Shown piece by piece: positions 38,543 to 52,786 of a stretch of DNA of 64,000 bases. The stretch is taken from assembly GCF_006345805.1 (NCBI RefSeq), contig NC_042997.1:60140001-60204000 (forward strand), read 5' to 3'. Position 1 is the stretch's first letter, and each line of letters starts with the position of its first letter. This stretch comes from Octopus sinensis. Taxonomy: Eukaryota. The notes beneath the pieces were generated by a model. The model was given only the letters and a program-made list of their open reading frames with translations, was not told the origin of the DNA and made no database searches. The translations under genes and the position numbers were made by a program.

Positions 38543-38737
38543 GAAAGCGGTTGGCCTAGTGGTTCGAGTATTCGGCCTACGATCGGCCTTGTCACATTCT
38601 GCACCACACTCACTCCCCCTGGGAACTACGTTATGAGAGAGTGTCTGTGGAGTGCTCAGCCACTTGCACGTTGATTTCACAAGCAGTGTTCCATTGATCA
38701 GAACTCGAACACTCATCGTCGTAACCGACGGAGTTCC
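38543..38737 (+). mobile_element. SINE family C, internally deleted
   Basis: Head tggcctagtggtt joined to body and tail gtcgtaaccgacgg. Confidence 0.75.
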
Positions 38738-38744
38738 ATTTTTT

Positions 38745-38820
<76 letters not shown>

Positions 38821-39674
38821 TGTGTGTGTGTGTGTGCGTGCGTGCGTGTGTGTGTACCGCTTTGGCAATAGTCATATCACATAATCTTCCTCGAGTTTAT
38901 TAGTGAAGTCTGGAGTGATGGTGCTCTTCCCATTGCAGGAACAATGGATTTGATTTTCACACCAAGGCATACAGAAAAAGCGTTATAAGCAAAATATTGA
39001 TCGGAACGAGGTTTGCATTGCTTTACAAAAGATTTTTTAATACTGTGAATAGCATCTCCTTGTGGAAAATAATCATCAAACGCAGTTGTCTGCGTCACTT
39101 TGTATCGATAATTATGTAATTTCATGATAAGATGGAGACATGAGTCTAAGCCGACGGTAACATAGTGGGACACATTCCTCCGAAAATTGTGTCAAGTAAG
39201 GTGAGACTTTTGCTGTTACTTTCACTTTTATGTTACTTTCATTCATGTTTTTATCCCTGGGTGTTCTGGGATATATGTGAGATATCGGTCTTCTAGTTGC
39301 CTCTCAACCTTTGTCGATCTGCTGCCAATACGAAGATTTTTCTGTCTCTTATTCATAACCTCCTTTATACGACTGATTGTGACTCAGTGGTTCATACAGT
39401 TAAAGATATGTAAATTCTCAAGAATCATATTGTAAATCATTGTATCGTGCAAATCATTTGGACTCAGCATTAGCCTCTGTAAGACTGCTGTAATGTTCCA
39501 GCCTGCTTCCGGAAACACATATGTGGAACATTTTTTCTTAGTTGAAGGTATAGTGCTGAAAGTGGTAAACAAATTTGTCTGGGGTGCGCTCTCAGCTGTT
39601 TTTGCTCCTTATATGATGCATTATCTATAAGGATTCAGAAAACTGATTTCTTCGGGGCTCTTGAGTCCCATGTC

Positions 39675-40290
39675 CGGTCTTAACATAGCCTTAACAAAAG
39701 TTGATGTGTATCATGCGTGTGTGCAGACATCATTCCTGTACTCATATAGGACATGGACCCTTTAGAGGCATGAAGTAAGGATTCTAGAACGCTTCCATCA
39801 GAGTTGTCTGAGAACGCATTCTGGATGTTGGCTGGTCCTTGTGGACTCCACATACAGGTGTATTGTGCTACCGAGGTCCCTGAGTATTGAAGCGATGGCG
39901 CACAAGCACAGTTTACGTTCGAAAAGATACCTTGTTCTGATGAATGATCGGACAATCCCAAAACAAATGCCATATTGCGAAGTTGCTTGAGGAAATGGCC
40001 TCTGGCGGAAACCAAGACGGTTTAAGGATTCTATAAAGTCCTCGTTGAAGGTATATGAGATCTGGAAAATCAATGATTGTCATCGCCACCAATGTAAGAA
40101 ATAAGTAAGGGAAGGAGTAGGTTTTTGCGAAAAAATGCGTTTTTAATGTAGAATTTAAGCGAGCTGCCCGAGAACGTACTGTCCAGTGTAGTGAATAAGA
40201 GAAGTTTGGTTTGCGAACCAGTATGTTAATCAAGAAGTGGGCTCTTATGTACCCAGCGGAGCAACAAGTGTAAAGTATAAAGTTGTCTAA
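39675..40290 (+). mobile_element. RTE (BovB-like) LINE C-terminal fragment, degraded
   Basis: TKVDVYHACVQTSFLYS..TWTL.RHEVRILERFHQSCLR, SIEAM, DRTIPKQMPYCE, RFKDSIKSSLK. Confidence 0.8.
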
Positions 40291-40379
40291 GTTGTCTAAT
40301 GGCCAGCGGTGGTCTTCCTTGGTGACGAGTGGATCTCCATGTATGTATGTATGTATGTATGTATGTATGTATGTATGTA

Positions 40380-40710
40380 TGATGAACTCTATCGTCGATG
40401 TCGATGTATAAGCGTCCAATTGTTCGTTCAGCTGGACGACCCACTCAATAAAGGCTGAATTAACGTCAGACGTGGCTGAATATTCCACAGACGTGTACCC
40501 TTAGTATAAAACCAGCATGGCAAGGAGTGACAAAGATGAACTTTTGAATCACTGGTTCATTCCATCCAGCGGAAGACAGTTGTCTTCTATCTAAATTCAC
40601 TTACAAGGTTTGAGTCGACCAGAAGCTATGATAACGACACATGTCTAAAACGTCATGCTGTAGTATCAATATATGATTATATTGTTGTGAAATGTACTTA
40701 TTGACCATTT
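40380..40710 (-). repeat. Degenerate SINE C plus SINE B fragments
   Basis: Diverged matches; a similar pair occurs at about 41575-41890. Confidence 0.5.
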
Positions 40711-40898
40711 AATCTTTCCTGATTTCAATTACACAGTGCACCCCACACACAAACACACACACACATACATGTACATGCTTCTACGTGTTTGTAAAGTCGG
40801 TACTAACATATACTTTAGGTAAATCTCGGTAAAACCAACCCCATCAACTGTATATATATATAACTGTATGTTTATATAAATATATATATATACATACA

Positions 40899-40934
<36 letters not shown>

Positions 40935-40949
40935 CATAATTCATACATA

Positions 40950-41037
<88 letters not shown>

Positions 41038-42047
41038 GATGGATACACAGAAAGAGCTAGCAAAACACATGGAGAGAGTGAGTGAAATGTAAACCGATTC
41101 TTAGTTTCGATGCTTTACTAGAAAATTAATACCGCGATATTTATTCTACATTTATTCAAAATATTTATAATCAATGGGGGTAACCAACTGAAATTATTCC
41201 TCCCGTAGAAATTTTCCATGAATTGGTGCCAAGATAAATATCAATGATGTGCATGCTGAGAAGTAACAAAAACTAGTTCCACTTTAATTTGAAATCCACT
41301 CCAGTACTCACAATGGAGATGAAGAGGCTCGATGATGGATGAAGTGGGTGAAGTTGCTTCAAAGTAGCATCTGTCATTTCCTGCTATTGTTCTACTATCT
41401 GGAACGGTAATCATTGCATTGTTACTCTAAAGATAGACTGCTTGCTCTATCATGTCACCATCGTAACCATCTCCATCGTAGCTGTCAGTTATCACAGTAT
41501 GAATACTACTAGCTTTTATAATTGCGCCTAAAAGTATTAGACATGCTAAACTGAAAAAAATACAAAAACCTGGTGGTGGTTATGGGTTTCCGTCACTCAG
41601 CGATGTAAATTAGATTGTTCGGTCAACTGAATAACCCTTCATGAGATTCCACAGACACGTGTGCCCTTAGAGTAATTCTCAAGCAGCATCAGTGAGATAT
41701 AGTGTGTGACAAGGATGCATCTTTTGAATCACAGATACAATCTACCCGACAGGTTCCATACAGTTTCCGTCTACCCTATTTCACCTAGAAAGGACAGATA
41801 GAAAACGACATTTGCTCAAAGCGCCACGCAGTGAGATCAAACCAGGACTTCGTTGTTGTGAAGCGAATTTCTAAGTCATTCGGCCATATTATACTCACTA
41901 AACTGCAAAAAATACAATGTTATTAAGCTAGTTGTTATTGTGTAGATTTTGGAATATTTGGATTCATTGTTTGAGAAAATTAATCTTGTTTTCTTCTGTT
42001 CTAAATAGTTGCTATATTTTATGGATATCGATGAAATATTTTAAGCA

Positions 42048-42342
42048 GAACGTCAACCTAGACATCTGAGAAATGCAGGCAAAGAACTGCCCTGCCTGGT
42101 GAAGCTGCACCAACGGAAGTGCCACCTCTTACGAACAGAACAGAATTGCAGAAGCACAAAGAAAACGTGAGCTGCACAAGTCCAGAGCCAACTCCTTGGC
42201 CTTTAGTCCCAGCAAACCACCAGTCACCGACCTGCAACAGAGTCTTCCGAGCAAGCATCGGACTGATCGGCCACAACCAGAAGCACCGTTACATATCTTC
42301 CTGGTGATATCCTTGATCATCGTTGACAACGATGAACGAACG
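42048..42342 (+). mobile_element. RTE-BovB-like LINE extreme 3' end
   Basis: YEQNRIAEAQRKRELHKSR and PTCNRVFRASIGLIGH, then a short 3'UTR. Confidence 0.85.
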
Positions 42343-42414
42343 TTATATTTTTGTTGTTGTTGTTATAATAATAATAATAATAATAATAATATAATAATAA
42401 TAATAATAATAATA

Positions 42415-42449
<35 letters not shown>

Positions 42450-42450
42450 A

Positions 42451-42660
42451 GGCGGAGAGCTGGCAGAATCGTTAGCACACTGGGTAAAATGCTTGGCGGC
42501 ATTTCGTCCGTCTTTACGCTCTGAATCAAACTGCGGCGATGTTGACTTTGCCTTTCATCCTTTCGGGGTCGGTAAAATAGGTACCAGTCGAATACTGAGG
42601 TCTATGTAATCGACTATACCCCTCCCCCAAATTCCAGGCCTATAGTAGAAATTGTCTATT
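42451..42660 (+). mobile_element. tRNA-SINE family A, tail type 3, in (ATT)n
   Basis: Head ggcggagagctggcagaatcgttagc; tail cccctcccccaaattccaggcctatagtagaaa then (ATT)n. Confidence 0.85.
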
Positions 42661-42670
42661 ATTATTATTA

Positions 42671-42725
<55 letters not shown>

Positions 42726-43179
42726 ATTATTATTATTATTATACACGGTAAATATAAAAGTATTTTCTATTATGATGGTCAAGTATATTTTGTACATGTG
42801 ACTATTACCAGCACTCGCATAGCAACTGCAACTATAACGTTACTGTGAACGTCACCTATTATTCAATGACCAAAGCTATTCAGACTATCCGAGTGTTACT
42901 GAACGCCATAAGAAATTTCAGCTATTCAACATTTCCTCGCATAAAGAACACACATAAAGATTAAAGACTGTTTACGGTTCCTAAGCTTAGAACAGAATGT
43001 GTGTGTGCGTGCGTTTGTGCGTGTGTGTGTGTGTGTGTGTGTATAACCGATACATTATGAGGTAATAAACAAGTCAAGTCTGGTTGTCAAGTGGTGTGGG
43101 TAGGTACAAACAAAAACGCAAAGACACATGCATTTATACATATATATACATGCATATGTGTGTGTATGTATTTATATAT

Positions 43180-44150
43180 AAACCACACACAACTAAACAA
43201 GCACATAACAAAAACAAGCAAACCATAATGAAACAGAAATCTGGCAACCATTTATGTCAATAAACCATAAAATTACCAGTAAAACACTGCATAAAGTAAT
43301 TAGTAGATCAACAACGACAACAACGGTAACACCACACCCCGTATCACAATAAAAATCGTAAATAATGTACTCTCAAGACAAGCTTAAGTAGACGCCCTTA
43401 TGAGATATATTCCCCCAAATTGAGCCACCTGAAAGAACACAAAGATAACTAGAAGAGCAACAACACTTACGCATTGATTTTCGTCTCCCTTCAATGAGAC
43501 AAGAAAATAAAAGCTACGAAGAAGTCTAAAATCTCAAAGATCTGAAGGCTAGACAAACTAAAACTCAAACGCGTACATCTAAAACACTGAGAGTTTCAAA
43601 TAATTGGTTCATTCATCAACATCTACAACAACTCGTTCTACATTGAAATTCTCAAAAGGTAGAAGCTGTAACAATTCTAAAGTCTAACCAAAACCCTAAT
43701 GAAGTAGCCCTCCAAGAAGGGCTAATTATTTACATCAATGGCCCGCACATACATTTCTCCAAATCACAAAATTCATTTCAGCAACGACGCCCAACTACCT
43801 TACTACAACTCCGAACTGCATTAACAACAAAAACCTGTTTCTCCAGCACGCCATTCTAACTACTACCGACATCAGCAAAGCTTTAGACTTCGTTCATTAT
43901 TCACTCGTACAAAAATCTACTACACCACCATAAAAATACACAAAAATCGCTTTATAATAAACTACCTGTGATAGCCGCCAGCTCAACTTGCTAACATCCT
44001 GTCCGAGCAAGTGGGCCTAAGAAAAAATAGCTCATAATATCAACTGACCTACAGAGGTCTAACTCCTACAAGTCATCATCAATTTCTCTCAAATCGCTCT
44101 TTTTCTAAAATCTGATAAGATGGACCTATCCCATATGCCCACTAAGTCAA
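43180..44150 (+). mobile_element. Degraded LINE, same family as 11785-13690
   Basis: AILTTTDISKALDFV near 43850-43895; 43280-43365 matches the reverse complement of about 12935-13035. Confidence 0.55.
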
Positions 44151-44153
44151 ATT

Positions 44154-44224
<71 letters not shown>

Positions 44225-44227
44225 ATA

Positions 44228-44431
44228 ATTCAAAATGTAACCGCGTGTGTACCGTTGGCAATTTTTTTCCTCCGTCTTCCCTTCTTTGGATCTTTCCTTT
44301 TCCTATGTTTCTGACGAAAAGCTCTGCTCGAAGCGTTAAACCCTCCTTCTTTCCTTCTTTCCTGAGCGTCGAATAATACTATACTTGTTTCACGTCCTCA
44401 CGTTGTTGTGTTTTCATGTTTGGATTAACTA
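44228..44431 (+). mobile_element. Penelope-type terminal fragment with mutated hammerhead, between (TA)n runs
   Basis: 44307-44341: GTTT-CTGACGA-AAAGC-tct-GCTC-GAA-GCGT-T-AAAC. Confidence 0.7.
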
Positions 44432-44454
44432 TATATATATATATATATATGTAT

Positions 44455-44573
<119 letters not shown>

Positions 44574-47138
44574 ATTAATAAGTTTGAAATGGAGAGATTT
44601 AATGGATATAAATGAATTTGTTGATTGATTAACATTGCCTGCAAATTGTTCCACTTCGCACCCAATTTAAATTACAAAACATATATAATAATATAAGTTT
44701 ACATTGTGAGTATCCTGGGTGGAAGATCTTCAAGGTAAAATAGACATCACAGAGTTTACATTTTGATCAATTGAAATACTCCCACAGACTAACCAGATGA
44801 AAGCAAGTTTATTGTGTGTGCGTGTGCATTACTATTTTTATTTTTATTTAAATGCAACAATAATAATAATTAATTAAAGTATATAAGAATAAAAATAAAC
44901 GATAAAAATAAAGATTAATGATATGTAATGAAAATAATGAAATATATTAATAATAAAAAATAAATAAAATAAAAATGAAATGAAATGTTTTTTTAGAAAA
45001 CATGGATGTCCATGGTTCATTTTGGTTTATGTCTGAGTGTGTGTTTCTATGTTTATATGTGTGCTCGAATGCGTATATACGTATGTTTGCTAAGTTGATT
45101 TATGTGTACGTATGTGTATATGTGTGTCGGTATAAGGTTATTGAATACAAGCATGGATGTCATAGTTAATGTATGAGTGTGTGTGTGTGTTTATAGATCG
45201 TCACTGTTTATGTTGCTTTATTAATGCGTATATGTGTATGTATATTAGTAAAAGGTTATCGAATATTTCTATAACTATAGATGCATTTATAGGTACGGGT
45301 ATTCATAGCCCATTTCAGTTTGTGAATGATTGTTTATGTGTGTGTGTCTATAGATGTTTACTGTCTAAGTTGATTTATGTGTGCGTAAGTGTGTATGTAG
45401 TATGTTACCAACGTGTTATGAAGTCAAATCAGTTTGTTAATATACATATATAATCCCTTATATTCTTTAATCTAATTCATGTAAAAGTCAATCATAATCA
45501 TTATAATATGAAACAGTTAGATAATTAGTAAAGTAATTATATTTGTATTTGATTATTGATTCATAGTTTATTCTATATAACATTATATGTTTAAGTGTGT
45601 GTGTGAGAGAAAGCATCTATGGATACAGGCTTACGTTACGCATATAAGATTAGTACGTAGATATATTAAGTGTACTACGTCATCAGGATTGGTGCTATCG
45701 ATATATTTAAAATATTTGCATCCAAAATAAGATGTATTATATTATCTAATTAATAAAAATAATAAATACTCGATATTATTATTAAATTGATATTTAAGTA
45801 TTATATTATATAATATATACATACATCTCAGGAGGCGAGGAATACAAAAAAGAAGACAACACGAGAGGGACAATTGGTAAAGTGTCATGCTGTTTTGGAT
45901 ACTAATCCTTCACCAGAAGAAAGAGAGAAGGGAGAAATTAAAAAAGGAGTATGAATGTGGAAAGTGATTCGAAAAAAAAACGTGAAAGAGTTAGAGGTCA
46001 AGGGGTAATGTTATTCTATGAAGGAGTAGTTAGGAAGATGAGGAAGTTGTTTGGAATCATTACTTTTTGACAACTCTTAGTATCAAGGAGTTTTTTTTTT
46101 AATGCTTATACTGCAGACTGTATAAGATCAGCTGTTTGTTTAAACGAATTTTGATGTAATTGTGTGCAGTATATTTTTATTTCATTAATTTTGTTCTGCA
46201 GTCAAAAGTATGAATTAACTCAGTTTTATGTATTTAGATAATTTGGCTCCCCCAATACCGCGAGATCTCATCCATGGTTTTAGTTAGCTTATAGCCTGTT
46301 GCAGTTAATGACTTTAATTAATTATTGGGTTTTTAACTTTAAATAATGAAGAGTCAGCATACTTCAGAGTGTTTATCCTGATTAAAATGGAGCTATTGTT
46401 AAGTTCCTTGTTTTAATTCTTTTGAAGTAGACACTTTTAGAGGTTTTTGTAATAGTTCAGGAAGGCATAAGCTTGTGTGAAAACTTGTCAGATTCAGAAA
46501 TTATGAAATCTTGCTGATCTATGTCAATTTTTCACAATTTAGAGTGTTTTTAAGATGTTTTATCCTGCCTTCCTTTGTTATTATTATTCTATTTTTTTCA
46601 TATTACATAAGTTTATATTGTCAGAAATTTTATACTTTGTAGTTTTCAACTTCTTTCTTTGTTCTCTTTCATTGTTCTGTTCTCATTCTTAGACATTTAT
46701 GAGAGGAGTCGGTATTTAAATGCGATTTCCATTCAATAGTTATTATAATTACGACGGATAGCGGGTGAGAGATTTAGTAGCAGATTGTCAAACAAAGCAC
46801 ATCGCAATATTTAGTGACGTCAAGATATATGTACTAGAGTTTAGTTAGGTGACATTATGTTCTAGGATCAAATCTCGTCTAAATACATAGACTGGTATAT
46901 AAACATTTGAAGCTGTAGTTAATATTTTTCTCTTTGTTCCGTTATAATACCATTATTGATGGTTCAATGATAAAGATTCTAATTATTGTTGCGTCATCTG
47001 TCATAATCCTTTTACTTAATAGCTTTCTTATTTTCTACTTGATGTGAAATGGCTGAACAATAAATAATCATCGGAGTATCAGTTCATAAGTCATGAATTT
47101 GTAATCAAACACTTCGTCGTGGCCTAACTAAATTAATT

Positions 47139-47350
47139 GGTTTCAAATATTGACAGAAGGCTAGTAATTTGGGGGGCGGGGTTAAATCGATTACATTGAC
47201 CCCAGTACTCAACTATTTCTTATTTAACTAGTCCGAAACAATGAAAGGCAAAGACGATCTCGGTAGAATTTGAGCTCAGATTGTAAAGACAGACGAAATA
47301 CCGCTAAGCATTTTATCCTGCGTGCCAACGATCCTGCTAGCTCACCGCCT
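47139..47350 (-). mobile_element. tRNA-SINE family A, full length, tail type 2
   Basis: Collinear with 9492-9698; retains the intact site TAGCGGTATTTCGTC. Confidence 0.85.
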
Positions 47351-48651
47351 TATATTGATTAAAAAATTAACTAATGAATTAACAAGCTAATACTTGCAGG
47401 GATATTTTTGGCATATTTCGCTTTCACAGACTTGAATAATTTCCAGAGATAAATTTGTATTTTCTCTGATTAACACAAACTAGATTTAATTATCAGCCTT
47501 ATGGCTATTCTATTTCATGTAACTGGTCATGAATGGTCCCATCCTACAGATAATTCATATTTCCGAAATACCTGAGGGATTCTTAGATTAGTCTGACAGT
47601 ACCATGCTCTAGTTAGTTCATTGTCTGCGGTTTCAAGATTGTATTAATCAATAATAGAGCATTCAAGCCATAACACTTTGACATTCTTTCCGCTCACATT
47701 ATTAAGATACGTTTAGTTTCTAAATATCTATCCAGAGTAAATTAAGGATTCTTCTTTTGTACATCGTAATACATAAAATATATGTTATGAAATGTACTTT
47801 TGAGAGGGTAATGTGTTTTATCTATTTCTTGCGTAGCATCCTCTTAAAATGATGATGTTTGTTTGAACACTGAATACTGTATGCAATCATTAATTTTAGC
47901 ATAAAAATATCTAATGTGATAATTTCCTGATATTAATTCTTTCAAAGGTGCTTAATTTATGAGTTTTACATATTATCGTAAACTTTAGATTTTATTTTCA
48001 AGTTAGCAAGGTTTGTTATTCTCCTTAATCAGCTGGCCTAGGATGAACAGAGGTTGCGCAAAAAAAGGGCATACTTTATTAAATTATTGGCTTGGAGATT
48101 TGCTTATCGTCATTACAATTGCAGGAATAGCTGAAAATTCTCTCATTTCAATTATAAATGTTAATATGTTAGTTTCAATCAAACCAATTCACGTGATGAG
48201 CAAACACTTGTAGATGTTATTCAGTTTCTCTGATTGTACATATAAGTACGAAGTTTATCTAGAAACAAAACGAGTGCAATTTAAAAGTTCAAGTTTTAGT
48301 TCAAAATTTCAAAGAAGGATTATTATGGAGCCCTTGTTTTATTCAATTCATAGGGAGTGGACATCTCTAGTAAAGATTGTTCATTCGATAACTGAATAGG
48401 GTAACTTATTGCCAATTTCTCTCAGCGAAATAAGGTCAAATAAGTGATCGCCGAGCAATTTTTCTTCTGTGTTTCTTAATGTGAAGATTATCGTTTTTTG
48501 AAGCAGTGATATAACAAGTACATAAGTAACTTATTCACTAGCCACTTTTTATTTCTTCAGTTATAATTCCTTTCGACAACCGTACTATAACGAATTTTAA
48601 TACTACTTAGATTCATCACCACATCCTATTGTAGATTTCTGCTGCTAATTT

Positions 48652-49904
48652 TAAGGAGGCACGTCAAAAATTCGCATGACTACAAAGTGGAGAACAAACA
48701 TGATGTGTGTGAGAAAAGAAACAAAAAGATTATGCCAAATCTAAATTACAAACTACAAGTTTTCCCCTTTGAAATATCCCCTCGGGTCTAATGCATTTTC
48801 TCATCCTTCTCCACCACGATTCCATGCAGCTCCGTTGTGATGAGCCTCTTGATGACTTCCACGTCAGGAAAACGAGTCTGCTTGATGCCCACTTGAGCCT
48901 GAGGAAAGGAAAAAAATCACAAGGAACCAGGTCAGGTTGCTCCAACACGGCGATGTTCTCGGCAAGTAACTGCCGGATGCTCAGGACGTTATGAGCCGAC
49001 GCGTTGTCAAGGTAAAGTAGGCACAAGTTGGCCTGCCAAAGCTCTCGTCTCTTCTCATGCACTAAACGAAGCAAACGCCATGTTGATTCATCATCTGACC
49101 CTGTGACAATCACTCTACGTGGATAATGCCCCTCACATTGAAGAACGCAATCAGCATAATTTTTACTTTGGACTTCGACTGTCTTGCTTTTCTCGGCCTC
49201 GGCGACTCCGGACTCTTCCACTGAAGGCTCTGGTGCTTATTCTCTGGGTCGTGCTCAAAGATCCATGACTCATCACCTACCTATGCTGATTCTCTCTAGC
49301 AAGCAAGTCTGCGTTGGTCTCAAGACGCTCGAGGGTCTCCTGACATATCTGCATGCGCCGCTTCTTCTAGTCATCGTTCAGCAATTCCGGCACCATCCTC
49401 GTGCAGATTTTCCGCATGTCCAAATCTTTGGTGATAATCTTACAGACGCTGTTGCGGGTCGTGCCGCGCTCACTTGCGATCAGTCGAACAGTCAACCGAC
49501 GATCCCCACGCACCACGTGACTCACGCGCTCGACGTTGTCCTCAGTCCAGCTCGCTGAAGGCAGTTCGCTCCTGGGGTCGTCTTCCGCTTCCTCGCGTCC
49601 CTCTGTGACACTCGAAAACCCGTTAGCGCGACATCGTCTCATTTCCGTACATTTGCTGTAGTTCAAGTATTTCTGACAGTCTTCCCCAGCCAGACCAGAA
49701 ACTTTAGGTTGGTACGTTGCGCTGTCCTCATCACTTGATGGCCTAAAACTAAGTGAAAAAGCACACAATAACTGCTGAGAGCTGAGATCGCAGTTATAAA
49801 CTCCCCGAATATTACGTCACACGGTGATATAACCCGCTAATCTCTATCCCACTCATAGCTCAAACAACACACTAAGTAATGTTAATTTTCTGACACACCT
49901 CGTA
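48652..49904 (-). mobile_element. Mariner transposon, near full length, decayed
   Basis: EDDPRS, DRRLTVRLIA, LDMRKICTRMVPELL, LDNASAH, PDLVPCDFF motifs; diverged TIRs tacgaggtgtgtcagaaaatt / taaggaggcacgtcaaaaatt. Confidence 0.9.
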
Positions 49905-51493
49905 GCTTTCCTCGTTGTGTATTTATAAATACGTTATCCTAGATCTTCCTAGTCTATAAACGAAGAATCTGTGATTTCATATGTCATTATTGGCTTCGGT
50001 TAAAATATATTCAAATACTACTGACTTTATAAAATTCAAGTCCTGACGCCTTTTTCAACTTTACCTAGTTCAGCTTGTTCTTGTTGCTGAGTGAAATCAT
50101 GTAAAGTATTTCTGGGATAGGGTGATCTTAAAGCTGAAAAATTCAAGCTTTGCGTTAACAAAGTGATGTCAATGCCTTTTCAAGCATTTATTTCTTGCTA
50201 TTTGTAAGGAATAACTGCTTAATATAATTGTCCATAATCTGTTTTCAAACTTCTGACAGAGTTACGTTGGTTTTTTTTGGATTATTTGTAGAGCATATCA
50301 AAACAAACATATCTAAGCAAACAATGTGTGTGTGTGTGTGTATGCATACATACATATATATATATAATTTGAGAAAGAAATTCGTCGGAGGAAGTTTCAG
50401 TCAGTAACTTACCTATCAATTATCATTGTTTATTCACTTTTGCTGTTCTAGGGTTACTTTGAGAATTGTGTTGACACTTCCATCTAGTATTTACAGACAC
50501 CTGAAACTAGTTGTTCATTTCTCGTTCAACAATAATGCTTTGAGATAATAGCGTTCAGATTCTTTAGAACTGATTCTGGATGTATTCTTGGAATAGCTTT
50601 ACCGGAACCGCGAATTCTTGGTTTCCACAGTGAGATCTTGTCAAGTGCATGATGTTACAAAATGAAGGATTAGAGCAGACCTCACGTCAGCACATTTTGT
50701 TGATTCAAGAGGAAACACGCTGTCAGCTGTGTATTTTATTTATTAGCAGCTTCTAATGCTTCTCATTCCTTTCAAATGAACTGCCATCTCTAAAATTGTA
50801 CGTGATCTATCATGCATTTTATTTTATGATTCACTCTATTTCTCTAAGAGTACTACTGTATCAGGCATTTAAATATTATGAGACTACGTCGTGAACAATC
50901 ATTAATCATGTTAATTTTAACAGTCACATTATAATAATCCTTATACATATATTTGAAGATGCATTTCGCTGATTTCCCTGAAAGGTGATATGGCAGAGCT
51001 GAGAGGTTTGTTGTAAGGAACAATGTATCTGCTGTTTCTTGTAGTTTCCAGTGCTATTTGGTCGTTTTGTATACATTTGAATATCCAACGCTTGTTAAAG
51101 TATGCTCCTTGAGTTTCTCAGGGAAGCTGTTACTGTTCGATCGTCAAATATGAAATTTGCAGTAAGTTATATGATAAACTTTGACAGCTGCTCATTTTGC
51201 GCCATTATTATATTTTGACAATATTTATTTTTTGTTAGAAAGCTAACACATCTATTTCTTTATTCTAACTCATTTTGCGCTTTATAAAGTATTTATAAAT
51301 CGTTTTTGCTATTTTTGTTTAGAGATGGATAAGTCGGAAATACAGTTTTGAAATATGAGTTCTTTCTTGGAAATACAGCATCTCAGACAGCTCGGGATAT
51401 AAATGGAGTATTTCAATCCTTTCGAGATCTATAAATTAAATACCAGTCAAATATTGGTCTATATGTAATCGATTAAACCCCTTCTCCAAAATA

Positions 51494-52540
51494 TTAGGCT
51501 TCCTGACTATAATAATAATTGCCATAAAGCTTCAAATCATCCATGAAGACAAGACAGGTGATTCTTTGTATTTTTACCTTGAACTGATATCTCAGTTTCA
51601 CTTTCCTCGACACCAAGGTCAGAGAATTCATGCAAAGTACAAAACGCAACGGTGATAAGCTATTTTCTTGGAAAATCTTTCTCTTGATGCCCAGAGTGCC
51701 CAAGCTTTGTCCGCACGATATCAAATTAGTTTCCCAATCGTCCATATTTCTCTTCAGAAAACTTTACATTCCTTGCAATTCCAAACAAATCTAAGCACTC
51801 AATGATCCACGAATGTGAAATCATATCGTAAGCTTTGCGGTAGTCAATCCAGGCCATTTCTTTTATTTCCTTTTCTATCAAAGTTTTGTTTTCATTGGTC
51901 TTCAACCCCATCCTTTCTGTAAGTCATATTTGCAGCCTTGATGAGTTTATTTGCTTGTGAGATGTTCCTTATTTTAATGTTTTAATGCACTATTGACTTT
52001 ACTTGCTTCTTGACTTAGTCTCCATTGATCAGCCTTCTCGGAGTCGCATATAAATTCTTTCTCCTCTGTATTTAATAAATTCAAAAACCTGTGCATTATC
52101 ATCTAATCTTCGTCGTTTAATTGTTCTCTGGTCTTGATTCTTTCATCGCTCACGCCAATATATTTTTGTGAGCAATTGTCCATTTCTTCTATTATGCCAT
52201 ATTATGCCATTTTCGTTTCTCATAAACTCAACATCCCCAGATATCCTTTTTTTTATTACTTCTAACCCCAACTCTAACAACCGCTCATTCTTTCGTGTTG
52301 CTTCTGCTTGATCACATAATCTCTGTTCAGTAATTTCAAACAGGTCCATTGCCTTCCATTCTCTGCACATTCGTTTGTCTGTATCCTGTGACTGGCAGCC
52401 ATTTGTATCTACTGGAATGCTTCGATAGTAACGCTCCATAACCAGCATACTTACTTGTTTACTCCACTTTTTCTCGCGGCATGGCTAGCAGTTGCTGGAT
52501 TACGAATGGGCTCATCCTACCGCACAATGGAACACCTACC
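51494..52540 (-). mobile_element. Older R4/Dong-like LINE fragment (N-terminus and partial RT)
   Basis: MAWIDYRKAYDMISHSWI, IFQENSLSPLRF, LVFMDDLKLYG; N-terminal ITEQRLCDQ motif. Confidence 0.8.
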
Positions 52541-52555
52541 AGGTTCAGCATTTTC

Positions 52556-52786
<231 letters not shown>

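Noticed and set aside
38880-39660. Possible inverted 5' part of the neighbouring RTE LINE
   Set aside because: Too decayed to assign
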